From Eledone cirrhosa (lineage: Eukaryota), in the NCBI GenBank assembly GCA_964016885.1, contig OZ024741.1, positions 160,952,001 through 161,016,000 of the forward strand: DNA of 64,000 nucleotides, given 5' to 3'. The notes under the pieces were generated by a model. The model saw only the letters and a list, made by a program, of their open reading frames with translations. It was not told where the DNA came from and did no database searches. Positions 25,564-39,121 of the stretch are shown here, piece after piece (position 1 is the first letter of the stretch; the number at the start of each line of letters is the position of its first letter). Position numbers and translations under genes: made by a program.

Positions 25564-25969
25564 ATTACTCCAGAGTAAACAAACCAACCTACGTACTTCG
25601 TCGAGTGCTCCAATCTGCATACTAGGTGTCGGTAAACAACCAGCATATACTCAATATATATATATATATATATAAGGAGAGAGAAAAAAAATTAAACAGA
25701 AGGGAAAAAAGGAAAAAAAACACAGAGAACTGAAGAAGGGATTGTCCACCATTTGTGTTTTCCTTTAATTTTTGAATACACTTTATCAAGTAACCACACA
25801 GCTCCCTGTTTCTTTCAAATATATATATATATATATAATGTCAAGCTCACTCGATGAATTTGTCAAATTGCAGTAATGCAACTGTAACCAGCTGTTCAGA
25901 GTGCACACATTTTAGTTAATAGCAGCTACGGTGGCTGTGTTTTGGTAGAGATAAAAGTAAATATATATA

Positions 25970-27862
25970 TATAGCGGGATTACTGAGGTATGAATGTAAC
26001 AAAACGAGACAAAGTTAGTAGTTACCGTTCTGATTGCCAGGCAAACGCGGCTGGCAGAGGGCGCCTGGCTAAGGCCAGGCGCCTGTTGGCCAAATTAATG
26101 GCAGAGCCAAATGAGAGGCTCTTCGACCTGGTGCCGAAAAGGCAAAGAGAGAGAGGAAGCTTAGGGTTGTTAGTTTTATAGGGCTCTGACCGGAAGTTGC
26201 AGAAAGGGTTCCACTTCCCGTCTAGATCCCAATCAAAACAAGGGAGACAACCGCTACATAACCTCCCGCCAGAATTTTAGTGTATAAAAATCGAAATGAA
26301 AATATGTAGCAAGTTGGCGAGAATGTTGTAACAGGCATGAAAATTACGGCAAAAGAATGTTTGGAAAAATCAATGATAGATATCAAGGTAGCCAACCGCT
26401 CTTGGCCAGAGAACGACTGGACATCCATCTATCCATCACCCAAAGATACAATGTAATAAAGTAAAAGTAATAGAAGGGCTCAAAGTTCAAAATATAGTTC
26501 ACAGGTGTGCAATCACATGACAGCAGGAAAGAAAGTGTGTTCCAGAGAATGAATGCAGGTGGTTTCTGTTCTGTGGTATATCGTGAAATTTCCAACCTCC
26601 GAATGGATTTTCTCACAGGAAGAGTGCTGCAAAAATAAATTCTCTGGCTTTGGTGAAGCTGTGTTGATGTATTGCTGTTGCTGTTATATTGCTGCTGCTG
26701 TTGTCTCGCTGAGTGAGCGTATTCGGTGTTTAAATTCACAGTAAAAAAATTTTTTTTTTTAGAAAAAAAATGAGTTGCGCAAAGTGCTAGAAATAGCAGC
26801 CGAAGTTGATGGTCGATGTTGAGAATGCGTTGACCTGGAAGGGTCAAGAGGCCAGCGACCAGAGAAATAAGCATTCCCAATAAATGCGCGGTTATCAACG
26901 GTAAATTTACATTGTAAATTTATAAACCGGCAAATAGAAGAATATAGCTTAAGGCTGAAGAATCCTTGGGGGAGAAATGCTATCTCTGGCGTGCGCCTGT
27001 CTGTGAGTAAGAGACATCTCAGTGAATCGAGAATTTATGCTGCCTACACGTGCCAATACAAGGTTGAAAAAAAATATTTCTAACGCGCGAGAAAATGATA
27101 GTGCAATTTTGAAAGTGACAATGATGAAAAAGAAAGGCTTCAATCAGCATAGGTGTGAACTTTTTGAAAAAAAAAAAAAAAAAAACTTGAACGATGAAAT
27201 GTTTTTTAAAGAATATCAAATTTCTTTTTTTTTTTTGTGTGTTTTGAAAGAGTTCGTTGTAAGAAACGAGAAACATATATATATATCGTGAAATGTTTTT
27301 TTTGTTTTGAAAGTGTTCGTTGTAAGAAACGAGAAACATATATATATATATTGGTGAAATGCGACAGTTAATTGATGCGTGAGAGAAAAAGTATGTCTGT
27401 GCGAATTCCACATGTGCGTGTGTGCGTGTCCTTGAGTATTTTCATAGTTTGTCGCTAAATTTGCTGTGTATTCGTAATGTTACTCACACAACCAGATGTG
27501 CTATTTTTTTCTTTTTTTGGGGGTGACCACTTATAGCGATGAACGGCTGCGTGTTCGTATCACGTCAGGGTTACCAATATAGCGGGATTACTGAGGTATG
27601 AATGTAACAAAACGAGACAAAGTTAGTAGTTACCGTTCTGATTGCCAGGCAAACGCGGCTGGCAGAGGGCGCCTGGCTAAGGCCAGGCGCCTGTTGGCCA
27701 AATTAATGGCAGAGCCAAATGAGAGGCTCTTCGACCTGGTGCCGAAAAGGCAAAGAGAGAGAGGAAGCTTAGGGTTGTTAGTTTTATAGGGCTCTGACCG
27801 GAAGTTGCAGAAAGGGTTCCACTTCCCGTCTAGATCCCAATCAAAACAAGGGAGACAACCGC

Positions 27863-27866
<4 letters not shown>
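25970..27866 (-). mobile_element. non-autonomous LTR retrotransposon, copy 1 (289-bp LTRs)
   Basis: LTRs 25970-26258 and 27578-27866 appear identical. Minus-strand ends are TGTAGCG...CGCTATA. The PBS (tRNA-Trp) ends at 27576 and a purine tract lies at 26259-26272. No pol ORF; inserted in (TA)n. Confidence 0.92.
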
Positions 27867-27924
<58 letters not shown>

Positions 27925-27928
<4 letters not shown>

Positions 27929-28620
27929 AAGGTTAAACAAGGTTCAATGAATAAATCAAAGAATTAGTTTTACAATAGATTGGAAGCACTCAACAAAATG
28001 GTTTTCCGGAGTTATTAATATTAATTCAAAATATTAACAAAAATAGAACTTCTTGTGATCAAGTATATTTTATTATACATATTTCAGAGGTACTGAGCTA
28101 ACTTCAACAGTACGTCCTCATCAGATAAAATAAGATGATGCATGACATACCCTGGCATAGTAGATGGTTAAGATCCAGTCATGGTAGTGAGTAAGATATG
28201 ATAAAACTCAATATTTATATACCTTAAGATTGAGACATGAAAACACTTACATATAATACATATAATACAGAGGGTGCGTGTAAGAAAGCTTAACAATACA
28301 TAACAGTAATTTACATAACTGTTAGAGATTCAAATAATTATTGAAGAAAGAGGAAAAAAAAAAAGAAAGACAGAGAGAAAACAGATGAGGGGAAAATATA
28401 GGTAGTAGAGGTATAGAGAGCAAAAGAGAATTGATCAAGGAAAGAGAGACAAAGAGGAATAATTATAATTATAGGAGGGATGAATTATATATATCTATAC
28501 ATAACTATACATTTGGGCATAGCTACGCGATAGAATAAACTCAAATCTTTGAATTATTGAATTATCTAGAAGTATTCATCAATCTAAATCCTAAATATAA
28601 CTGGGTGTAATTAATAAAGG
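27925..28620 (-). mobile_element. decayed PLE 3' end
   Basis: Same layout as 42560-43050: C-terminal relic, purine-rich tract, hammerhead, GAGTGCT motif. Confidence 0.6.
28068..28130 (-). ncRNA. type I hammerhead ribozyme motif
   Basis: ttttat-CTGATGA-ggacgtactg...cagtacctct-GAAA-tatgta-TA-ataaaa. Confidence 0.78.
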
Positions 28621-30171
28621 TCAATTTCCTTAGTTAATTAGTTATATATACTATCCAAACGTATCCGGTTGACCGTTAACTTTCAAATCATTTAAGTTAG
28701 TTCAGAGTAATGAATTAATCAAAGTGTATAATATTTCAGGCTATAAAAGTTTATAAATATCTGTATTAATATTAAAGTATACTATCATATTTAATTTATA
28801 AAATCATTTTATGAATTCATATTTAAACTATTTGCAAGACATGAGAAAGAAGACATAATATTTTCATCACCACGAAGGTAATTCTTATTAATTTTATTAT
28901 AATATATTTAATTATTTATATTATATTGAAGATAGTTCGCATTATATAATTTATAAAATAATTACAGTTATAATTTAAAAAAATTAAGATTAACAATTAG
29001 AATGCCTTAAAGCATCAAAAGGCCTTATAATTAAACTTGAAAAAGTTTATTATTAAATTAGATATATGCATTTGTCTAAATATAAACAAAGATTATATTG
29101 TCTAAAGATTAAGATGATACCTATCAGTTATATATAACATAATAAAATACAATAAATAAGTTATTGATAATATTGTTAAAAATTAAGGTTTTAGATCAAT
29201 TATTATAATAAGGTCATGTAACACATATAAATATATAAGTCAAACTTCATGAATCATACGGATAAAAATCTGATACAAAGTGAAAAAGGGAATTGTCTGC
29301 GATCTTAAATTTTTTAATAAATTTATATAGTAGTATAATGTGTCTGCAAACATGAAAAAGAGAAAGCCTAAGGATTTCATTGACCCGAAGGTAACCCAAA
29401 TTTAATTAAATTAAATAAAATAATAATCAGTTATATAACTTAGAAAATTTAGAAAATATTTAGAACATACTTAACGATTATAACACTGGAAAATCATTAA
29501 AGTTTCTAAAGTACTTATCAATAATAATCGTTATATAACTTAGAAAATTTAGAAAATATTTAGAAAATATTTAACGATTATAACACTAGAAAGTCATTAA
29601 AGTATTTAAAGTACTTATAAATGTAATTGGAAGCATGTTATTATACTAGATATACAGATTTGTTCAAATATAAATAGAGTATTCCAGATATTAGTGATTG
29701 ATATACATATAATAAATAATTAGTACAATCATTGTTAGTAATGTTATAATTGAAGTTTTACATCAACAACTTAAACTGCTACCACCACAAGGCTATGGTC
29801 AACACTAAAAGAGAAAGAAAGAAAACTAGACAAAAATGTGAACTTTTCTCCCTAAATATATATGTAAAAACTAATTTTTTTCTCCATATTCTTATTATTC
29901 TTATTAATATGCAATTTAATTGCATTATACACTTCCGTCGTTGAAAAAGCATATAGGCTGAAACTGGTACAATTAAATGCGGAAATTCATATTTTGTAAA
30001 TAAATGTTTTGATGTTATTCTGAAAGAAAATCCCTTTAGCATTTTCCACTGTTTTTTTTCTTTTTTACTATATATATATATATATATATATATAACGGAG
30101 GAAATGTGGTAAGGAACCAGGTGGACCATAACGCACCAAAGTACTCAATACTTAGGGTAGTAGAGTGGGTA

Positions 30172-30292
30172 ATAGGAACGAGTAGGACCCCGACGGCTGA
30201 GCTCAAGCCGTTTCGACGGCTAATTCTGGAATTAAGTTCAGAATTAGCCGTCGAAACGGCTTGAGCTCAGCCGTCGGGGTCCTACTCGTTCC

Positions 30293-30295
<3 letters not shown>
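30172..30295. repeat. perfect 57-bp-arm GC-rich hairpin
   Basis: 30172-30228 is the reverse complement of 30239-30295. Confidence 0.9.
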
Positions 30296-30331
<36 letters not shown>

Positions 30332-31009
30332 ATGTATATTGGCTGTATGTATGTTTACATGTAAGGAAGTAAATATATGAGCTAGCAAGATCCCCCACCC
30401 CCCACTCACCTGCCCTCCCAAACCAATATCAACAACATACATTTCTAACAATATTCCAATACTATCCTTATTTTTCTCTTTGCTGTCATCCCATTTTTAT
30501 CAAAAGTCTTACACCTCATTAAACACTGCAGGAGGGCACTTTTACAACTCCTTTCTTAAACACTCCTTAAACACCCCCAACATCTCCCAACACCACTCCC
30601 AATCAATTATCTTGCTGTTACCATTCACTATTTTCTGTATATATATAATTGTTTCTACTTTTGGCACAAGGCCAGCAATTACCCAGTGCATTACTGATGC
30701 TTTATTTTATCGACCCCGTAAGGATGAAAGGCAAAGTTAACCTCGGCGGGATTTGAACTCAGAATGGCAAGGGGCGTAACTCTTATAATACATACTTTAA
30801 TTCCTTTAAATCTTCAACACTCTTTCACTCCCACACTCATTAACCCCTCCCCTGACACACCCAAATCTCTAATATATAGTCACACATCACAACAAACCCT
30901 GAGAACAGTTTGAAAATCGCCACCTACGAAATTGTAAAATTATAATATAAAATTAAATTAAATTGTTCAGAACTACAAGTGAAGACATTCTTTTCCAGCA
31001 TTATCGCCA

Positions 31010-31710
31010 TCACCGTTTTACATCCATTTTTCCACTCTACGCTAGCATGGGTTAGACGGGTTGTCCTGTTGTTGTGGACAATGCCAGGTCAGGTGACCAT
31101 GTCTTGCTCATACAGAACTGATTTTGGCTTGATTTCTACAACTGGATGCCCTTCCTAACACCAACCTCATTTGTAGTGAGTACTGGGTGCCTTTTTACTG
31201 TGGCGCCTACACAGTGTAGACTGGGTGCTTTTTTGTTGTGAAACCTACACGACCACTTTACAGTGGAAGAGGGTGGTGGCATACTGTCTATATGCTTCAG
31301 CTTCAGCTTGTACCCATGGGAAATCGGGTCTTCTGTATTACTGTGTAATGCCAGAGATCTCGGTCCTGTGTCATCACCTTTGAGAGTTCTAATTGGGCAA
31401 GGTCAGCTTTTATCACCTCACCCCAGGTCTTCTTGGGTCTCCCCACTCCAAGTCTTCCATCGACTTTTAGTGCTTTACACCTTTTTATGCAGCTGTCATC
31501 CTTCATACTTAGTCTCTCTCTCAATTTATTTATGCTTTGCCGTCCGCGTATATCGGAGCATGCAAGCTTCGTTTCTTTCTAATCTACACAAGTTTTCTGC
31601 ACATAACACCCAGGTCTCACTACCATGTAACATTGCTGTTCGTATGCACGCATCATACAGTCTGCCTTTTATTTTGAGGGAAAAGCCTTTTGCAGCTAGC
31701 AGTAGTAGTA
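31010..31710 (-). mobile_element. RTE LINE 3' fragment
   Basis: [20 protein letters not shown] and GRPKKTW, followed by the family 3' UTR. Confidence 0.85.
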
Positions 31711-31817
31711 GCTCCCTGAAATATATACACATATACACACACGCACTTGACCTGGCATTGCTCACAACAGGATAACTCATCTAACCCATGCCAGCGTGGA
31801 AAAATGAGGATGATGAT

Positions 31818-31908
<91 letters not shown>

Positions 31909-31974
31909 TTCTTCCTACATCACCAATACCAATTTGCTCCGAGAAAAGTAAATGATGATTGCACAGGGCAGATG

Positions 31975-32730
31975 CCGAGCTTTGTAAGTTATTGAGACGA
32001 CAGATCATCTAGGATAGGAGAAACCACAAATTAAAAATGACCTCCTGGGACAGACATGGACCCCACACCTGAAATGAAGGTAGCCTGTCTAGGAGGGCAG
32101 TGACTCTGATTAAGAATGACTGCATGGGGCAGACATGGGCTTCGTATCCCATAGTGAAGGCAACCCATCTGGGAGAGTAGTAGGCACTCCAAATAAAAAC
32201 TGACTCAGGGTGAAGATGACTCTAGAGTCCAGTAAAACAATCTTTCTAGTGTTGGTGGCATGAATAATGTACCCAGTCCACACTGTAAAGTGGTTGGTGG
32301 TAGAAAGGGCATCCAGCCATAAAAACCCTGCCAAAAACATGAAAAGTACGACAAATATGAATCTCATTAATTGTGTATATAGGGCTAACTCTAGTCATGT
32401 TAGTGCAGTGCATGGTAGTGGAGTGGCCAGAGTAGCCATGTATGAGAACCCCTCAACCATCATCAAGCAATTGCACAACGCTTTTCCCTTTCAGACACTT
32501 AGAACTTCTACCCAAGGAAGTAACAACTGGCAAGGTACAAATCTCCGGACTGCCACCCTCAATGTTGGCATTCTGAAAGGTAAACTGGATGAAATTGTGG
32601 AGCTGTTAGTAAGGAGAGAAGTGGATATATGCTATGTACGGGAGGTGATATGATGGGGTACCTCAGTGGAATTACTGAGAAATGGATAGATAAGATATTT
32701 GACCCTCAATGTTGGCATTCTGAAACGTAA
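31975..32730 (+). mobile_element. RTE LINE 5' fragment (5' UTR and APE endonuclease start) with SINE-like insert
   Basis: LRTATLNVGILKGKLDEIVELLVRREVDICYVREV.WG is the AP-endonuclease N-terminus. Confidence 0.7.
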
Positions 32731-34083
32731 ACCATGTGGGACATTTAAAAAAACCTTACTTTCTTAATTATATATATACATATGTGTGTGTGTGTTACAT
32801 TACATGAAGTGTCACCCATTTAGCTGGGTTATCCTTCGTTTAACTACATTTTAACTGTCTTTTTTTTGTTGCAGATCAATGGAAGGAGAGTAAATAGGAA
32901 AACAGAAAAAAAGTAAAGAAAGAGAAACAAATATATAAATAAGAAAAAATAAGTAAACCCCTGAAATCCTTAAAAAAAGAAGAAACAGGAGTGATGGAAA
33001 AAAGTAGTCCGTTGTAACAACAATTGGTTTATTAAAATTCTAAAATCCTTTTAAAAAAAGGGGAGAGAAGATTCAAAAGGTTGTTGATTGTAACAAAAAT
33101 AACTGATCTATTAAAACTGAATCTGTTAAAACTGAATCCCGAAACCCCCACCAAAACGTCGGTGTCCCTTTTGTGTGTTCTATAAGCACATTAGCAATTC
33201 AGCATGCAATGTAGCTCAACTAACCATAACACAGTGGAAAATCCAGCTCATTACTCAGTGTACAATCTATTTTAACTACAAAATCTAACCCTAATCCTGG
33301 AGACAGGTTAGGTCATTACAGCATAGATTACAGATGCTGCAATAGACTGCATGCTAAAATAACACCAAATAGTCATTGCATTGACAACAACAACAACAAT
33401 TGTTGACTATAACAACAACAATAACAGCAACAACAGGTCTATTTATTTCTTTACATAATGACAGACCTTCCATCAACCAGTAGCAATAGGAATGTTTACA
33501 CAATTTCTGACGCCTTCTTGTTTCCATTTAATAAGATGAAGTTCATGAGTAAGTTTTTATTATTCTCTAATTCATTTATTTTCTTCAAGTCATTAGACTG
33601 TGTTTAGACTGGGGCAGTGCCTATCATTTTTCAACTAATTTTGAAAATAACCAAGAATTTATCATTATTAAATACCGCCGAGGTTAACTTTGCCTTTCAT
33701 CCTTACGGGGTCGATAAAATAAAGTACCAGTAATGTACTGGTATTTGCTGGCTTTGTGCCTAAAGTAGAAACAATTATTAAGCTGATGTTACCAGTGCTG
33801 CTTGTGATATTGTTATCTTTAGTTGTGGCAGCAGTTCTGTGGATTGACAGTATTGGTAGAGCATCAGACACCATGATGTGTAGCATAGATTTATGGCCCT
33901 TTACGTTCTGCGTTCAAATCCCGCCAAGGTTAGCTTTGCCTTTCATCTTTATGGGGTCGATAAAATAAAGTACCAGTAATGCACTGAGATAATTGCTGGC
34001 CTTGTGCCAAAAGTAGAAACAATTATTTAACTGGTGTTTGGAGCATAACTTAATATAAGTTTTTAGCAGTTATTGGTTATAGA

Positions 34084-34611
34084 GTAGTCGCCACTTTAAC
34101 AGGGTAGATGATTGAAGGTCGTTAGTTGCCAGTGTGGTAAGTGATAGTATCCTCGTTGGGTTATCTTGTTGACATAGACGTGAGGGAAGGTCCCTCGATC
34201 TATTTACCATCTATTTACAATATTCCTTTCGTCAGGTCGCCAATTCCAGCAGCATGGATTATAGATTTCATTGAGACACGAGTAACATAACAACGATTTC
34301 AACAGCAGTAATTAGAGATGAAATGTTTGTTTATTTATATGGTTGAAGTTACAGATACAAAGAGGTTACAAAAGGGAATGTGCCGTTGCGCCGTTAAGCC
34401 GGCGAGGCTAGGGTGCAAATCTCACCGTTACATTATGCGTGTTGCTGGCTTGAAGTTTCCGGTACAAGAGAGAGATTCTTCAAATATTCGCGGAGAATTT
34501 CTTCCTCAGGGCGCGTAGGGATACATCCTCTTCTACTGGCGCTGATTGGCTGAACTGAGCCAAATCACGCACAGAGAATGTATGTGAGCCCGCGGAGTGT
34601 AGGTCACTACA
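34084..34611. mobile_element. possible solo LTR
   Basis: GC-richer block of about 530 bp with imperfect terminal inverted repeats (gtagtcgcc / ggtcactaca). Confidence 0.4.
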
Positions 34612-35977
34612 AGTTCTTACTTAAAATTATGATGGATGGTTTGTAGATAAATGTAAAACACTTTATCATGTTGGAAATGCTTTCGCGGTCTTGTTATCAG
34701 GGTGCAGCCCCAACACCGCCATGTCCTAGGCCCAGAACCCATCACCTCACCTCCCTCTCCCATTCTTCTGTGACCTTAGAACCCTTAACTTTCACTTCCT
34801 TTTCCGTTTTTAAATATTCGTAGTGTTTTGTGTATATATTTGTTGAAATAATTTGAAAGGTAATATAAGCTTCCTTGAAATTAACGTTAATATGTTTTTA
34901 TATAACTTTCTTTTGTTCAACCCTTTAACTCCTGTTTTCGTTTTTCTAATGAAATACACTTCCTATAATATTCAAATAATTTTGAAAATTAACTTTATTT
35001 GTCAACATAACTGTCATCATAATATTACAAATAAAACGAGAAAAAATAAAAATAAATACAAGCAGGTAATACACACATCTAGGACCACATACAACAAAAG
35101 GTGATCTGGTGATTGGAGCATAATAAAAATACTCACATAAAATTGATGGATGATTTTAGATAAATATAAACATTCAGTTTATTTATGTTGATAACTATGT
35201 TCTGTGTATATGGGTATACATGTGTGTCTATGTATGTTTATAGCTCTGTGTGTATACATGTGTATGTATATATGTGTTCATGTGTATATGTATGTTTATA
35301 ACCTTGTTTTCATGTGCATACATGTGTATCTTTGTTGCTCTGCGTATATACATGTATGAATGTATGTATGTTCTTCTGGTTTTATAATTTCACAAAGTTT
35401 TACCAATAGAGAGAGAGTCGGTTTCTAACATAGACACAAGCCTCTCTCATTGGAATTTACACATCAACTAGGTAGATATGTATGCGTGCATGTGTAGATA
35501 TGGATGTTATTGTATGTGTGGATGTTTTGAGTTGTATGTGTGCATGTGTATATGCTTTGTATCTGTACATGTGTATATGCAGTTATTAGATGCAAAATTT
35601 TTGGAATGTTTTACATATTTTTACTGTGTATGTATGTTATCTCTTTCTCTTAATTTCGAGTATATTTTTTTGACCGGCCACCTTCCTAGTGGCAAGGTTG
35701 TAAAAGAAAAGAAATTGTCATCCCTTGAATCGCAAGAATGTTTTGCAAATTTTGAAGGTGCCAGCTATCGCAGCCATTTGTAGACTATGAATTAGGGAGC
35801 TGCGCTTTTTGTACGCAAATCCAAGTTCATTCATACTTTGATCCAAGCGGGTTGGTATATAACCCGTAGCTCCATACATACATACATACATACGTACGTA
35901 CGTACGTACGTACGTACGTATGTATGTATGTATGTATGTATGTATGTATGTATGTATGTATGTATGTATGTATGTTT

Positions 35978-36950
35978 GTTTCTCTTAATTTCGAGTATAT
36001 TTTTTTTGACCGGCCACCTTCCTGGTGGCAAGGTTGTTAAAGAAAAGAAATTGTCATCCCTTGAATCGCAAGAATGTTTTGCAAATTTTGAAGGTGCCAG
36101 CTATCGCAGCCATTTGTAGACTATGAATGAGGGAGCTGCGCTTTTTGTCCGCAAATCCAAGTTCAGTCATACTTTGGTCCAAGCGGGTTGGTATATAACC
36201 CGTAGCTCCAATAATGATGGGTATGAAGCTAAAGGTGTATCTTGGATACTGGATTTGTAAACTCCTCATCAATGGTCCGTAGATGTCCTCCTTCTGTATT
36301 TTTATGACAACGTTTACATCAAGTGGGCAGCTGATCTCCACAACAGAACACGTTTTCAATGCGTGGTCCCAAACAACAATATCAGGCCGGTTGTGCTTTA
36401 ATTTGGTGGCAGTTTTTATTTTCAGGTTCCACCAGTATTCCTTAGTGCCATCTGTCTCAATATATTCTTCCTCGTTTGTTGTTAATTTTGTTTTCCGAAG
36501 TGCGTTCCAGATGGTTCTAGCTATCCCATCGTGTCTCATGGGGAGGTAGTAGCGAGATGACATTCTTTCGCAGCTGGCAACAATGTGGCTTACATCCTCG
36601 ATCTTTGTTTTACATAGCCTACATTTATTGTCAGCTGCTGGCCCTCCTCTTTTGTGCAGCAGATATTTGGTAGGGAGTTCTTGTTCCTGTATTGCATAGA
36701 GATATGCCTCAAGGTGTGATGTCATAAACTTGTCGGAACTCCATGCCAGGCTTTTTGAGTGGTTTATCCCCTCTATGGTCTGTGTTTTACGTCTCAAGTA
36801 TCCATGCACAACTTTTTCTGTAAATTGGTCATTTTTAAAAATCTTGTTTGAACATTGAATAGGATCTTCCGATTTCTCTGGGTGAGAGATTTATATCAGG
36901 CTTTATTCCATATCTCTCCTCCAGATCAGTCGCTATTCTAATGATATTTT
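35978..36950 (-). mobile_element. R4/Dong-like non-LTR retrotransposon 3' fragment (CCHC + restriction-like endonuclease)
   Basis: ORF 36054..36809 has CRLC...HIVASC, RHD and NRPDIVVWD...VEISCP. It ends in a (TACA)n tract, and its 3' 230 bp are duplicated at 35642-35872. Confidence 0.85.
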
Positions 36951-39065
36951 TTTTTTGTATGTCTGTATGTATGTACGTATGTATGTATGTGTGTATGTAT
37001 GTTCTTCTGGTTTTATAATTTCACAAATTTTTACCAATAGAGATTCGGTTTCTAACATAGACACAAGACTCTCTCATGGAATTTACACAACATCAACTAA
37101 GTAGATTATGTCTACATGCATGTGTAGATATGGATGTTATTGTATGTGTGGATGTATATGTTTTGAGTTGTATGTGTGCACGTGTATATGCTTTGTATCT
37201 GTACATGTGTATATGCAGTTATTAGATGCAAAATTTTTGGAATGTTTTACATATTTTTACATATTTTTATATAATGTATGTATGTATGCAAAGGGCGGAG
37301 GAACTCAGCAGAGTCAACGGCCATCAAAATAGTACTTTCTTTTTTTTTTACCTGGGAGTGAAAGGCCCCCAGTTGTTGTCGCAACACTTTTCTAGGAGAG
37401 GGAAACTCTGAAAAAAACCTGCGGCTTCGGAAGCATCCGATGATGTTGACCACTTCTCCTTTTCGGGTAGTGTTTTCGATGCTCAGAGAGTGGGATTGGT
37501 TGAGTGCAAGGCCTTTCCCCACTTAAAAAACCTTCAAAGCACAGGCATTGCTGGTTCAGGATATGTTACAAATATATAAAATTTAATTAGCGTAAAATTT
37601 TACTTATATGATAGGGTCCGGGAAAGGCACCATAACCAATACTAACATGTTCCTTTAAGAATCAAATGTTGGTTTGTCTCCCTCACATTTTTAAAGCAAA
37701 CGAGGCCCTGGTTACAGGTTTGCGTGACTGGCCGTAGCTTAAAGGTGCATCAAACTCTATAACCTGACAAGCGATTGCAGTATTCTTAGCAGGGTTTGTA
37801 GCCATCATGTATGTATGTATGCAAGGGCCTTGTTTCAAGGGGGTACCAGGGGACAAGTCTCTCCCCTTCCACTTTTTCAAACGTCTATATTTTGTTTTTT
37901 GTTTATTTGATATAATAAATTCTTTTTAATCTTTTTTTTTTTAATAAAATTTAATTATAAAATTTAATTAGCGTAAAATTTTGCTTATGTGATAGGGTCC
38001 GGGAAAGGCACCATAAGCAATTTATGCTCTTTTAAGAATCAACAAATGTTGGTTTGTCCCCCTCACATTTTTAAGGCAAACGAGGCCCCTGTATGTATGT
38101 ATGTATGTATGTATGTATGTATGTATGTATGTATGTATGTATGTATGTATGTATGTATGTATGTATGTATGTATTATGTATGTATATATGTGCGTGTGTT
38201 AATGTGTCTTTGAACAAGACAGTATTTCACGTCCACCTAGCCAGAAAAGAAAGGAGTTGTATCAGTAATTCAGAAGGTCCGGCCTTATCACAGTGTCACG
38301 CTGAATCTCCCAGAGAAGAACTTTAAGGATACACCTGTGTGGAATGCTCAACAACTTGCATGTTAATTTCAGAAGCAGGCTGTTTGAATAACTAGAACAC
38401 TCGTCGTTGAAACCGACGGAGGTCCAACATTTGTCCGAGTGCTAGTACGTGTATATTTGCACATTCACACTGTGAAACATTCTTTTCAGAGGTTAAAAGA
38501 AATTCCACAGTTTGGGTGACCCACTGAACTTCTATGACACCTGACTTGCTATTCAGTGGTTCCCTGTCATATTTCTAATTTGTCGTTCATTCATAGGGTC
38601 AAAGGTCAAATTCTTAATTTCAGTCTCAGTCACACTCACTGATTTGTGTCATTGAAATAATATATATAATATATAATAATATAAATAATTGTTTCTACTT
38701 TAGGCACAAGGCCACAATTATCCACTGCATTACTGGTACTTTATTTTATCGACCCCGTAAGGATGAAAGGCAAAGTCAACCTCAGCGGCGGGATTGTGAA
38801 CTCAGATCGTAAAGGGACGTAACTATGCTGGAAAGCATGGCATCCGACCCTCTACCGATACTGCCAATCCACATAATAATATATGTATATATATGTGTGT
38901 GTGTGTATATACACAAAACTTAAAACTAAAACTGAATACTAACCAATACTTATTACTAATTTATACTTATTCCTAATTAAACTATTTTTCACTGGGAAAA
39001 ATTTGTCAGCATTTTCTTTTCCTTTTACTAATATATCACAACTCGTGTGTTACACCTCTATTTTT

Positions 39066-39121
<56 letters not shown>

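Noticed and set aside
25990-27789. ORFs inside the LTR elements (63-171 aa)
   Set aside because: No gag/pol motifs, and the frames are not preserved between the two copies.
28620-29750. Very AT-rich block resembling a mitochondrial insert or viral DNA
   Set aside because: No mitochondrial gene or long ORF was recognised. It has internal duplications and adjoins a PLE relic.
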